DNA from: Candidatus Eiseniibacteriota bacterium
Lineage (GTDB): Bacteria; Eisenbacteria; RBG-16-71-46
Reading direction: 5' to 3'
Assembly: GCA_963776245.1 (NCBI GenBank)
Contig: CAVZLN010000004.1
Span: 256,001-320,000, forward strand
Length of the DNA stretch: 64,000 bases
This document shows positions 20,152 through 29,488 of the stretch, in pieces. A program made the translations under genes and the position numbers. Positions within the stretch are counted from its first letter, which is position 1. The number at the start of each line of letters is the position of its first letter. Under the pieces are notes generated by a model that was given only the letters and a program-made list of their open reading frames with translations, was not told the DNA's origin and ran no database searches.

Positions 20152-20865
20152 GTGAAACGCGTCGCCGCGCTCATCCCGGCCTATCAGGCGGCCGCGCACC
20201 TCGGCGAGGTGCTGCTCGGCCTCGCCGCGCTCGTCCCGCCTCCCGAGGTGCTGGTGGTGGACGACGGCTCCCGCGATGCCACCGCCGAGACCGCGCGGCT
20301 GTTCGGGGCACGCGTGCTGTCGTTCGCGGGCAATCGCGGCAAGGGCCACGCGCTGCTCGCCGGGTTCGCAGCCCTGAAGGAATTCGACGGCGTGGTCACG
20401 CTCGATGCCGATGGTCAGCACCCGCCCGCATGCGTGCCCGACTTCGTCGCGGCCTTCGAGGCGGGCGCCGACCTGGTGCTGGGGGTCCGCCGCTTCGAGG
20501 GCCGGATGCCGTTCTCGCGCCGGTTCGCGAACGCCGTGTCCTCGGGGTGGGCGTCCCGTCTCGCGGGCCACACGATCTCGGACAGCCAGTGCGGATACCG
20601 GCTCTATTCGCGCGCGGTGCTGGAGCGCACGCCCCTGACACCCGGCGGCTACGAGCTCGAGTCGGAGATCGTGGTGCGCGCCGCGCGCCTCGGATTCCGG
20701 CTCAGCGAGGTCCTCATCCCCACGGTGTACGGGGAGGAGCGGAGCCACATCCGCACGTTCCACGACGTGCCACGCATCGTCGGCACGCTGCTGCGCCTCA
20801 CCCTGGAGCCGCGCCCGACCCCGGGGCTCGCGCCGGTTTCCGCGCGCGACGGGAGCCCGCCATGA
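20152..20865 (+). CDS. Glycosyltransferase family 2 (DPM1-like)
   Basis: LIPAYQ, VVDDGSRD, NRGKG, TLDADGQH, DSQCGYR. Confidence 0.9.
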   Translation: MKRVAALIPAYQAAAHLGEVLLGLAALVPPPEVLVVDDGSRDATAETARLFGARVLSFAGNRGKGHALLAGFAALKEFDGVVTLDADGQHPPACVPDFVAAFEAGADLVLGVRRFEGRMPFSRRFANAVSSGWASRLAGHTISDSQCGYRLYSRAVLERTPLTPGGYELESEIVVRAARLGFRLSEVLIPTVYGEERSHIRTFHDVPRIVGTLLRLTLEPRPTPGLAPVSARDGSPP

Positions 20866-21608
20866 TCATCCTCGTCACCAACGACGACGGGATCCATTCG
20901 CCGGCGCTGCTGCCGCTGCGCGCGGTGCTGCGTCCGCTCGGCCGCGTCGTCATCGTCGCTCCCGACCGCGACCAGAGCGCGACCTCGCACTCGCTCACGC
21001 TCCATCGCCCGTTCCGCATCCATCACCACGAGCCGGACATGTACAGCGTGGACGGCACCCCGACCGACTGCGTGGTGACGGCGTTCTACGGCCTGCTCGA
21101 CGAACCGCCGGGCATGGTGGTGTCGGGCATCAATCTCGGACCCAACATGGGCGAGGACGTCTTCTACTCCGGCACCGTCGCCGCCGCGATCGAGGGCGCG
21201 CTCCAGGGGGCGCCCTCGATCGCGGCCTCGCTGGTGACGCGCGGGCCCGCCGACTTCGCGGAGCCCGCGGAGTTCATCGGGCGGCTCGCCCGCGTGGTCG
21301 CGGAGAAGGGGCTGCCGCACCGGCGCCTGCTGAATGTGAATCTCCCGGCCCGTTCCCACGCCCTCATCGCAGGGGTCCAGGTGACGCGACTGGGCACCCG
21401 CCGGTACGCCGACACGCTGATCAGGAAGACCGATCCCCGGGGACGCGACTACTACTGGATCGGCGGGGAGGACCCGGTGTGGGAGCCGGTCGAGGGCACC
21501 GACTTCCACGCGGTGAACGGCGGCTCGATCTCCGTCACACCGATGCGGCTCGACCTGAACGACGGCGACGCCTTCGGCGAGCTGCAGAGTTGGGGCCTCA
21601 TGCCGTGA
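20862..21608 (+). CDS. surE: 5'/3'-nucleotidase SurE
   Basis: ILVTNDDG, DGTPTDCV, SGINLGPNMG, YSGTVAAA. Confidence 0.96.
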   Translation: MIILVTNDDGIHSPALLPLRAVLRPLGRVVIVAPDRDQSATSHSLTLHRPFRIHHHEPDMYSVDGTPTDCVVTAFYGLLDEPPGMVVSGINLGPNMGEDVFYSGTVAAAIEGALQGAPSIAASLVTRGPADFAEPAEFIGRLARVVAEKGLPHRRLLNVNLPARSHALIAGVQVTRLGTRRYADTLIRKTDPRGRDYYWIGGEDPVWEPVEGTDFHAVNGGSISVTPMRLDLNDGDAFGELQSWGLMP

Positions 21609-22294
21609 CGCACCCCGCGGGAAGGCAGGACCGCGACCCCTTCGCGACCGCGCGACGCCGCATGGTCTCGGAACAACTGGTGGCGCGCGGCATCCGCGAT
21701 GCCCGCGTGCTCGACGCGATGGCGGAGGTGCCGCGCCACTTGTTCGTCGAGGCGGGCCTGGCGCCCCGCGCGTACGGGGACCACGCGCTGCCCACTCTCG
21801 AGGGCCAGACCGTGTCGCAGCCCTGGATCGTCGCGCGCATGCTCGAGCTGGCCGAGCTCGAGCCGCACCACCGGGTGCTCGAGATCGGCACCGGGAGCGG
21901 TTATCAGACCGCTCTGCTCGCGCGTTTGTGCGAGCGCGTGTTCAGCATCGAGCGCGTGCCCTCGCTGCTGAGGGGGGCGCAGCGCCGGCTCGAGGAGTGC
22001 GGGGTGAGCAACGCCGCGCTCTGTCTCGGCGACGGCACGCTGGGTTGGCAGGAGTTCGCACCCTATGCTAGGGTCCTTGTCGCTGCTGCGGCCCCTCATG
22101 TCCCGGAAGCCCTGAGGTCCCAGCTCGCGGAGGGAGGGCTCCTCGTCATCCCGGTCGGCGGCGCCGCGGTACAGGTCCTCGAGGTCTGGCGCCGGCTGCC
22201 GAAGGACCGTTGGGAACATCATCGCCACGGTGAATGCCGTTTCGTGCCCCTCGTCGGGAAGGATGCCTGGCCGGGCCGGAACGACACTGATTGA
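21605..22294 (+). CDS. pcm: Protein-L-isoaspartate O-methyltransferase
   Basis: VPRHLFV, GQTVSQP, VLEIGTGSGYQTA, GDGTLGW, RFVPLVG; GTGA overlap with surE. Confidence 0.95.
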   Translation: MTHPAGRQDRDPFATARRRMVSEQLVARGIRDARVLDAMAEVPRHLFVEAGLAPRAYGDHALPTLEGQTVSQPWIVARMLELAELEPHHRVLEIGTGSGYQTALLARLCERVFSIERVPSLLRGAQRRLEECGVSNAALCLGDGTLGWQEFAPYARVLVAAAAPHVPEALRSQLAEGGLLVIPVGGAAVQVLEVWRRLPKDRWEHHRHGECRFVPLVGKDAWPGRNDTD

Positions 22295-22305
22295 GATGTC
22301 TGGGT

Positions 22306-22382
<77 letters not shown>

Positions 22383-22460
22383 TCTTTCGCGATCCAACCG
22401 TCCGTCCGGCGCGGCCCCCCCGGGCCTGGCGCCGGGAGTGTTCCCTGGTCGGTCCAGCCC

Positions 22461-22739
22461 ATGCCTCGCCTCCATCTCGTCGTCCATGGCCGCGTCCAGG
22501 GTGTGGGATTCCGCGCGTTCGTGATGCGACGCGCGCGCGAGCTCGCGCTGGTGGGTGAGGTGCGCAACCTGCCGGATGGCGCCGTCGAGGTCGTCGCGGA
22601 GGGCGCTCCCGGGCCGCTCGAGGGATTCCTCGGCGCGATGCGTCGCGGGCCGGCCTCGGCGAGGGTCACCGGCGTCGACGTGTCGTGGAGCGAAGCGGCC
22701 GGCCGGTTCGAGGGGTTCGAGATCCGTGGTCAGGGCTAG
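22461..22739 (+). CDS. acyP: Acylphosphatase
   Basis: VHGRVQGVGFR, GEVRNLPDGAVEVVAEG, GPASARV. Confidence 0.93.
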   Translation: MPRLHLVVHGRVQGVGFRAFVMRRARELALVGEVRNLPDGAVEVVAEGAPGPLEGFLGAMRRGPASARVTGVDVSWSEAAGRFEGFEIRGQG

Positions 22740-23808
22740 ACCCGATCCACCCGAACGGGTGGTCTATCGCGAGCGGCTCGAGGCCGCGCTCGCCGAAGCG
22801 CGCGCGACCGGCCGCCTGCCGGCACGCGACTACGAGTCCCTGCTCGCCGACCCGGACTGCGACATGGCCGAGTTCGAGCGCTTCCGGGTCGCGGTCCGCC
22901 GCGCCGGCATCGCGCTCCCCGACGACGACGCCGACGAGGCCGTGTCGCCGCGCCCGGAGCGGGGCGAGTCCGAGCTGGACCTGCTGGACCGCTACCTGGG
23001 CGAGATCGGACGTTTTCCCCTGCTCGAGCACGCGGACCTGCTCGCGCTCGCGCGGCGTGCGCGCGCCGGGGACGAGGAGGCGCGCAAGCGCATCATCCTC
23101 GCCAACCTCCGTCTCGTCGTGCACATCGCCCGCGCCTACCGCAACCGCGGCCTGCCGATGCTCGATCTGATCGAGGAGGGCAATCTCGGTCTCATCCAGG
23201 CGACCGACCGCTTCGAGCCCGAGCGTGGACTGCGCTTCTCGACCTACGCCTCGATCTGGATCCGCCAGGCCATCCTGCGCGGCGTCGCCGAGCAGGCGCG
23301 GTCGGTGCGCATCCCGGTGCAGATGTTCCAGCAGGTGAACCGCTACGTGCGCGCCGAACGCTCGCTGCGGGCCGCGCTCGGCCGTGAGCCCACGGCGGAG
23401 GAGGTCGGGCGGGAGCTGCACATCACGCCCCTGCGCGCCCGACGGCTGGCCGGCCTGCTGGCGGGCCTGCGGTCGCTGGACGAGGGCTCGAGCATGGAGG
23501 CCTTCGAGCAGCTCACCGCCGAGGACCTCGGCGACGCGCCCGATTCGGTCGAGCGACTGGTGGAGCTGCAGCTCGAGCACGAGAAGCTCGACCGGCTCCT
23601 GCGCTCGCTGAGCGCGCGGGAGGAGCAGCTCCTGCGCATCCGTTTCGGCTTCTACGATGGCGAGTCCCGCACCCTGGCCCAGACCGGGGAACACTTCGGC
23701 ATCTCGCGCGAGCGAGCGCGCCAGATCGAAGGGCGGGCGCTCGACAAGCTCCGGCGCGCCATCGAGCTCCACGCGATGGACCGTCCATCCGGCCCCACCC
23801 TCCACTGA
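22726..23808 (+). CDS. Group 2 sigma70 factor, RpoS-like (start uncertain: GTG 22726 or 22759)
   Basis: YLGEIGRFPLL, ANLRLVV, LDLIEEGNLGLI, RFSTYA, region 4 ISRERARQIE; short N-terminus; surE-pcm...apt context. Confidence 0.85.
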   Translation: MVRARPDPPERVVYRERLEAALAEARATGRLPARDYESLLADPDCDMAEFERFRVAVRRAGIALPDDDADEAVSPRPERGESELDLLDRYLGEIGRFPLLEHADLLALARRARAGDEEARKRIILANLRLVVHIARAYRNRGLPMLDLIEEGNLGLIQATDRFEPERGLRFSTYASIWIRQAILRGVAEQARSVRIPVQMFQQVNRYVRAERSLRAALGREPTAEEVGRELHITPLRARRLAGLLAGLRSLDEGSSMEAFEQLTAEDLGDAPDSVERLVELQLEHEKLDRLLRSLSAREEQLLRIRFGFYDGESRTLAQTGEHFGISRERARQIEGRALDKLRRAIELHAMDRPSGPTLH

Positions 23809-23822
23809 ACGACGGGAGAGCC

Positions 23823-24356
23823 ATGTCCGACCTGAGAGGCTTCGTGCGCGACTACGCGGATTTCCCGAAGAAGGGCATCCTGTTCCGCGACATCTCCCCG
23901 TTGCTCGGCGACCCGGGCGCGTTCTCGGCCTGCGTGCACCAGCTGGCGACCCGCACGCCCAGGCCCGAGGTGGTGGTGGGGATCGAGTCGCGGGGGTTCC
24001 TCTTCGGTTCCGCGCTGGCGCTCCACTGGGGACTGCCGTTCGTGCCGGCGAGGAAGTTCGGCAAGCTCCCCGGCACCACGGTGCGCCAGCTCTACTCGCT
24101 CGAGTACGGCGAGGACACGCTCGAGATACAGGCCGATGCGATCGGGCGCGGGCGCCGCGTGGTGATCGTCGACGACCTGCTGGCCACGGGCGGCACCGCC
24201 AAGGCCGCCACGCTGCTGATCGAACAGCTGGGCGCGAGCGTGCAGGCGCTGCTGTTCGTCATCGAGCTCGAGGGCCTCGGCGGCCGCGCGGCGCTCAGCC
24301 CGCACGCGGTCGAATCGCTGATGCGCTTCGAGGTGTCGAAGCCGGCGGGCCAGTAG
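23823..24356 (+). CDS. apt: Adenine phosphoribosyltransferase
   Basis: DFPKKGILFRDI, GIESRGF, RKFGKLP, YSLEYG, VDDLLATGGT. Confidence 0.96.
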   Translation: MSDLRGFVRDYADFPKKGILFRDISPLLGDPGAFSACVHQLATRTPRPEVVVGIESRGFLFGSALALHWGLPFVPARKFGKLPGTTVRQLYSLEYGEDTLEIQADAIGRGRRVVIVDDLLATGGTAKAATLLIEQLGASVQALLFVIELEGLGGRAALSPHAVESLMRFEVSKPAGQ

Positions 24357-24428
24357 GGTGCACGCGGCCGCGCCGCGGGTCCGGCCGCGGCGCTCGCCCC
24401 GAGTCCGGGGCGAGCGGCGGCGCGGGGG

Positions 24429-24785
24429 TCACGGCTTCGAGAGGTCCCGGCGTGAGCTCTCGATGATCACCGCGGCGCTCGAGGCGCCGAGTGTGTACGC
24501 AGAGCGGAACTCGCCCTCGACGCCCACGCGCGCACCCTGCCGGGGCGCGCCGTTCAGCTTGGTCACCACCGTGAGCGCACCGGTGCCGTCGTCCAGCCGG
24601 TAGGCCCCGTAGCCGAGGACCCCCATCGAGGCCCCCACGTCGCCGGCGACGCGCACCGTCTTGCGGTCGTAGAGGCCGGGATCGTCGAGGAGCGTCTTGA
24701 TGGAGGTGGTGCCGTACCCTCCCTTGCAGCCCGTGGCGAGCGCCAGTAGCGAGGCGAGTACCCATATCAGGGCGGTGCGCTTCAT
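24429..24785 (-). CDS. Small lipoprotein, probable OB-fold
   Basis: Lipobox LATGC; KTVRVAGDV...YRLDDGTGALTV...VGVEG OB-fold pattern; GGAG RBS. Confidence 0.7.
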   Translation of the reverse strand: MKRTALIWVLASLLALATGCKGGYGTTSIKTLLDDPGLYDRKTVRVAGDVGASMGVLGYGAYRLDDGTGALTVVTKLNGAPRQGARVGVEGEFRSAYTLGASSAAVIIESSRRDLSKP

Positions 24786-24854
24786 GTCATCTCCGGATCG
24801 GGGTGGGGAGTGCGGGAGCGGCGGCGGGAGACCGCCGTGCGGGGTGGCGCGCGA

Positions 24855-25898
24855 TCACCAGCGCGCGCGAGTGCCTCGCACGTCGACGTGGACGAACGGC
24901 CCGTGGGCGCGTGTGGCGCGGTAGGTGCCGATCCCCCCCGTGAGTTCGGGGTGCTCGCTCTCGATGCGTTCGACGATGCCACGCAGCAGGATCGCGTCGC
25001 GCGCGGTCACTCGTCCGTCGCCGTTGAGGTCGTCCATGCGGCCGTCGCCGTCGGCGTCGATCACGATGTCCGCCGCGTCGCCGTACATGTGGCGGCTGTC
25101 GCGCGCGGGCCCGCGGCGCCGTGCGGTAGCCCCGCGCCGGATCGCCGAGTTGTACTGCGGGCTGCGGAACCCCGACATGATGAGGATCCGCGACGGCATG
25201 CCGAGCCGCTCGAGCTCATCGCCCAGCAGCTCGAGTTTGTCGAGCAGCAGCGGCTGGAGCACCACGTACTTCGGCCACACCGCGGTCTGGTCGTGGGTGA
25301 GGAAGTCGCGGAGTCGGAAGCGCTTCGACACTGGCGTGTCCGCGTTCTCGGACGTGACCTCGATGAAGCCCTCGGGGGGCTGGTAGCGCGATGCCGATGC
25401 GCGCCGTTCCTGCGGCCAGCGACCGAGGCGGTACGGACCCATGCGCGGCCCCACCTTGTCCTGGAACGGGATGAGCGAGAGCAGCCGCAGGGGCTCGCCG
25501 TCGGGAGCGCTGAAGGGCAGCTCGAGGGCACCGGGCACGCTGCCGTCGAGGAACGGGAGCAGGGCGCGCAGCACCGGGAGGCCGAACGCCTGCGCCGGGG
25601 TGGTGATGATGGCGCGCAGGTTGCCCGAGAGCCCGAGCCACTGGCTCATCAGGTCGCGCGTGCTGTCCGCCGGGCCGGATCCGCGCACGGGCGACTCGAC
25701 GCCCGCATCGCCGCCGTCGGTGGGCACGGGAGGGACGGAGGCGGGGGCGTCGGAGGACACCAGCAGGACGGCGAGAACGACCACCGCCGCCCGCAGCATC
25801 CGCACCAGGAGGGTCTCACGCGAGAGCATTCCGGGCAGGCTGCCACGGGGAGGTGGAACAGATGTCAGAATGGGGTCACTTCTCGAGGGCATTCCCAT
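24855..25898 (-). CDS. Exported peptidase M15A / YcbK-like D-Ala-D-Ala metallopeptidase (start may be 25829 or 25799)
   Basis: SGFRSPQYN, SRHMYGDAAD, GGIGTY, FVHVDVRG Zn-ligand motifs; hydrophobic signal segment. Confidence 0.82.
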   Translation of the reverse strand: MGMPSRSDPILTSVPPPRGSLPGMLSRETLLVRMLRAAVVVLAVLLVSSDAPASVPPVPTDGGDAGVESPVRGSGPADSTRDLMSQWLGLSGNLRAIITTPAQAFGLPVLRALLPFLDGSVPGALELPFSAPDGEPLRLLSLIPFQDKVGPRMGPYRLGRWPQERRASASRYQPPEGFIEVTSENADTPVSKRFRLRDFLTHDQTAVWPKYVVLQPLLLDKLELLGDELERLGMPSRILIMSGFRSPQYNSAIRRGATARRRGPARDSRHMYGDAADIVIDADGDGRMDDLNGDGRVTARDAILLRGIVERIESEHPELTGGIGTYRATRAHGPFVHVDVRGTRARW

Positions 25899-26016
25899 TG
25901 TCTTCGGCAGCCCCCGGGGGGCGGCTTGATGGTCATCGCCGGGGGGCTCCCGACCTCCGGTGAAGTCTCCATCCGCGCGGCGTATCCATTGTGGCGGCTA
26001 TGGTTGAGCCGACGCC

Positions 26017-26445
26017 TCATGATCCCGCGCGGGGTGCTTCCAGGTTCGGCTCGAGGAACACCTGGCGACTGCAGGTGGCGCATCGGAGGGCCATGCGCGG
26101 GGCGGGCGCGCTCCCGACCGCGAAGTCCTGCGGGGCCCCGCAGCCCGGGCAGTCCCCGCGCGCCCCGATCACGGTCATGCGTTCGCGGAGGCGCTGGAGC
26201 GCCACCAACGGGCCCGCGATCAGGAGACCCGGCACGAGCACGAAGTGGAGCACCGGCACGAGCACGGTGACGATCGCCAGGCCCCAGCACGCTCCAAGCG
26301 TGCGCAGCGCGCGCCCCACCCGCTCGCGCCTGGCGTGGTGCCTCACGCTCATCACCGCGGCGGTGCTGGGCCTCCCGACGTAGGTCAGGCTAGCGGGCAG
26401 CTCGTCGACGGCGGCCACGGGCGGGTTCGGGTCGGGCGGGGTCAT
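26017..26445 (-). CDS. Hypothetical membrane protein with C-terminal Zn-ribbon
   Basis: GAGGAG RBS; hydrophobic hairpin followed by CPGC...CATC. Confidence 0.65.
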   Translation of the reverse strand: MTPPDPNPPVAAVDELPASLTYVGRPSTAAVMSVRHHARRERVGRALRTLGACWGLAIVTVLVPVLHFVLVPGLLIAGPLVALQRLRERMTVIGARGDCPGCGAPQDFAVGSAPAPRMALRCATCSRQVFLEPNLEAPRAGS

Positions 26446-26612
26446 GCGATCTCCTCGGACGTGCTTCCCCGATGCGGCCGGCGGTGCCATGCGGATCACG
26501 GCGCCGGCCCAGACCTCTACCGCCGCCGCGGCACGCGAGCAAGTCCGACCCCGCTGACGGCCCGTCGGATTCCAGTATCCGTGGTGCTCCGGGTACGGTA
26601 TCGTCGTTGCCC

Positions 26613-26735
26613 ATGCCGACCCCCAAAGGCGCCAGGATCGGACCGTACGATCTCATCGCCCCGCTCGGTTCCGGGGACCTGCGCGAGGTGTTTCGTGCGC
26701 GCGATCCACGGCAGCCGCTGAGACCCACTCCATGA
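26613..26735 (+). pseudogene. 40-aa ORF resembling the N-terminus of a Ser/Thr kinase
   Basis: MPTPKGARIGPYDLIAPLGSGDLREVFRARDPR versus [33 protein letters not shown] of the kinase at 59977. Confidence 0.6.
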
Positions 26736-28351
26736 CGCTTCAGCTCACCGCCACCGTCGAAGGCCAGCGTCAGACGTGGGCGCTGGACGGGAAGCTGTTG
26801 CGCGTCGGGCGGTCGTCGCGCAGCGAGATCCCGCTGCCCGACGCCACCGTGTCCAAGGAGCACGCCGAGATCCTGCGCGAGGACGACCGCTGGGTCGTGC
26901 GCGACCTCGGCAGCCGGAACGGCACGCGCGTGAACGGCGCGGAGGTGCAGGCGGCGGTCCCGCTGCGCGACGGCGACGTGATCGAGTTCGGCAAGGTCGA
27001 GGTCCGGGTCGGCCGCGCGGAGGCGCCGGACCGCACCCGCTTCAGCGAGTCGCCGGGGCTCGGCTCCTCGATGCGTGCGGGCGCCCGCGACCTGCTCAGC
27101 CGGGCCACGGCGCGCGGGACGGAGGCCGCGAGGCTCGTGGGCCTGCTCGCCGAGGCCGGCCAGATGCTGGTGCTCCCGCGCCCGATCCACGAGACCTGCG
27201 AGGAGGTGCTGCGCGTGGTCGAGCGTGCGGTGCCCGCGCGACGCCTGGTGATCCTGCTGCGGGATGCGCCGGGGGCGGAGCCGGTGCAGATCGCCGTGCG
27301 GCACCTCGGGGTGCCCACGCGCGAACCGCTGGCGCTCTCGCGCACCATCCTCAACGCGGTGCTCGACGACTGCACGTCCGTCGTCACCCGGGACGCGGCC
27401 CAGGATCCGCGTTTCCAGGCGCAGCAGAGCATCGTGGCGCAATCCATCCGCTCGGCGATGGCGGTCCCGCTGTTCGACAATGAGAAGGTCCTCGGCGCGC
27501 TCTACGCCGACACCACCGACCCGCGCGTGCAGTACGGCGACGAGCACCTCGAGGTGCTCACCGTGCTCGCCAACATGGCGGCGGTGAAGATCACCAACGC
27601 GCGCCTGCTCGAGTCGGAAGCCACGCGCCAGCGCATGGCCCAGGAACTGGCGACCGCCGCGCACATCCAGCGCAGTCTGCTGTCGGAGCCTCCGGCGGTC
27701 CCGGGCGTGACGTGCGTGGCGCGGATCGTGACCTGTTACGAGGTCGGAGGCGACCTCTACGATCTCCACCTGCGACCCGATGGCCGCCTGGTCGTGGTGG
27801 TGGGCGACGTCTCGGGCAAGGGGATGGGGGCGGCCCTCCTGATGTCGTCGACGCTGTCCTCGGCGCGCGTGCTCTACGACAGCTGCCACGATCCGGCCGA
27901 ACTGGTCACCCGGCTCAACAGCGTGCTCCATCGCTCGACCGACGCCGGCCGCTTCGTGACCCTGTTCGTGGGCTGCCTCGATCCCGCCACCGGTGTGCTG
28001 CACTACTGCAACGCCGGGCACAACCCGCCGCTGATCGTCGGCAGGGGCGAGATGCGCCCGCTCGACGCGACCGGGATCCCGGTGGCGATGCTGGAGGCGT
28101 ACCCCTACGCCTCCGCGACCGCGACGCTCGAGCCCGGGGACACGCTCGCGCTCTACAGCGACGGCATCCCCGAAGCGATGTGCGGACTCGAGTTCTTCGG
28201 CGATCCGCGGCTGGCGGACGCGCTGCGCGTGGCGGCGGCGACCCCGGAGCTCGATCTGGCGGTGCGCTCGGTGCTGGCGGAGGTCGAAGCCTTCGCCGCG
28301 GGCACGCCACGCGTGGACGACATCACGCTGGTGCTCGTCCGACGGGGATAG
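26732..28351 (+). CDS. FHA-GAF-SpoIIE (PP2C-type) protein phosphatase
   Basis: FHA: VGR, VSKEHA, DLGSRNGTRVNG. GAF: DPRF...IRSAMAVPL. PP2C: VGGDLYD, GDVSGKG, NAGHNPP, SDGIPE, DDIT. Confidence 0.92.
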   Translation: MTLQLTATVEGQRQTWALDGKLLRVGRSSRSEIPLPDATVSKEHAEILREDDRWVVRDLGSRNGTRVNGAEVQAAVPLRDGDVIEFGKVEVRVGRAEAPDRTRFSESPGLGSSMRAGARDLLSRATARGTEAARLVGLLAEAGQMLVLPRPIHETCEEVLRVVERAVPARRLVILLRDAPGAEPVQIAVRHLGVPTREPLALSRTILNAVLDDCTSVVTRDAAQDPRFQAQQSIVAQSIRSAMAVPLFDNEKVLGALYADTTDPRVQYGDEHLEVLTVLANMAAVKITNARLLESEATRQRMAQELATAAHIQRSLLSEPPAVPGVTCVARIVTCYEVGGDLYDLHLRPDGRLVVVVGDVSGKGMGAALLMSSTLSSARVLYDSCHDPAELVTRLNSVLHRSTDAGRFVTLFVGCLDPATGVLHYCNAGHNPPLIVGRGEMRPLDATGIPVAMLEAYPYASATATLEPGDTLALYSDGIPEAMCGLEFFGDPRLADALRVAAATPELDLAVRSVLAEVEAFAAGTPRVDDITLVLVRRG

Positions 28352-28401
28352 GGGACGCGGAACGGCCGGGGCGCGGGTGCGCGCCGGCCGCACCAGCGCA
28401 T

Positions 28402-29232
28402 TCAGCGCGCGGTCCGCACCACCCGTGCCTCGCGGCGGCGCACCCAGCCGTCGAGGGCGCGCACCCAGCCGCGCGGCGCGCGCACCGCGAAGTCCTTCGC
28501 GGTCGCCCGCCGGCCCTCCAGCAGGAGCTCCCGGGGCTGGTGATAGGTGCCGAAGCACCAGTCGGGCACCGGCAGCCCGAAGAACCCCGAGATGGCCTCG
28601 TTGCAGCCGATGTTGGCGTGGTGCATGTGATGGAAGCCATAGATCCTCCGCCACATCGCCCCGGTGCGCGGATGCTCGATGGCGGCCCGCCACCACTCGT
28701 ACGAGAGATGCTCGACCGCGTGGAGGGTCTCATAGAGGCTCATCGACCAGGCGATGGCGGCGTACCCACCGATGAGGACCGGCGCGTGCGGGAGCGCCCA
28801 CTGCAGCGCGACCAGCGCCGGAGTGAAGATCGCCCAGAACACCGCCAGCGCGTAGACCGGGAACGCGGAGTCGGGGAACTGCTCCGGGCTGGTGATCGGG
28901 TACTCGTTCAGCACGAAGCGGTCCGAGCCTTCCGCCACCGTCCGCAGGCGGATGGCCGTGAGGCTGTGGTGATGGCGATGGGCGCGCGCGAAGTGACGCA
29001 GCCACGGCGTGAACACCCCGTGCAACACGTAGCGGTGGAGGAACCACTCGAAGAAGGCCACCGCGAGGTGCACGCCGAGGAACACCAGCACGAACGCCAG
29101 CGGGCCGGCGGCGAGCTGGCGCGCCCATAGCGCCGGAAAGGCGAAGCGCAGCCCGAGCGCCAGCAGGGTGCACTGGGCCGCCACGAGCAGGCTGAACCGC
29201 GTGAAGGAGAAGCGCTGGGGGGCGGTCGGCAT
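28402..29232 (-). CDS. Fatty acid hydroxylase / sterol desaturase superfamily membrane protein
   Basis: His boxes HRYVLH, HRHHH, HAVEH and HHMHH between TM segments. Confidence 0.75.
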   Translation of the reverse strand: MPTAPQRFSFTRFSLLVAAQCTLLALGLRFAFPALWARQLAAGPLAFVLVFLGVHLAVAFFEWFLHRYVLHGVFTPWLRHFARAHRHHHSLTAIRLRTVAEGSDRFVLNEYPITSPEQFPDSAFPVYALAVFWAIFTPALVALQWALPHAPVLIGGYAAIAWSMSLYETLHAVEHLSYEWWRAAIEHPRTGAMWRRIYGFHHMHHANIGCNEAISGFFGLPVPDWCFGTYHQPRELLLEGRRATAKDFAVRAPRGWVRALDGWVRRREARVVRTAR

Positions 29233-29488
29233 GGCCGGATCCCTCGGGTGGCGTGCCGTGGCACGGGAGGAGGCGCCGCGCCTCGACGAAGACCCGCCAG
29301 CGAAACCGGTGGCGGGTCGGCACGACTCACTGGGATGTTACGACGGCTCTGACGAGATTGGACGCGGGCGCGGCGCGCCGGGTTCATCAATTCCAGCCCC
29401 GCTCGGGTCCCGGGGCGTCGCCAGGCCGCGGATGGGCCGTCACGGCGGTGCCGCGACGGCCGGCCACCGGGGCGCGCGCGCGGACGGC

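Noticed and set aside
22050..22140. AT-richer codons inside pcm (similar patch in gpsA near 18560-18610) as internal promoters
   Set aside because: TATGCT and TAAGGT are present but there is no properly spaced convincing -35; too weak to call
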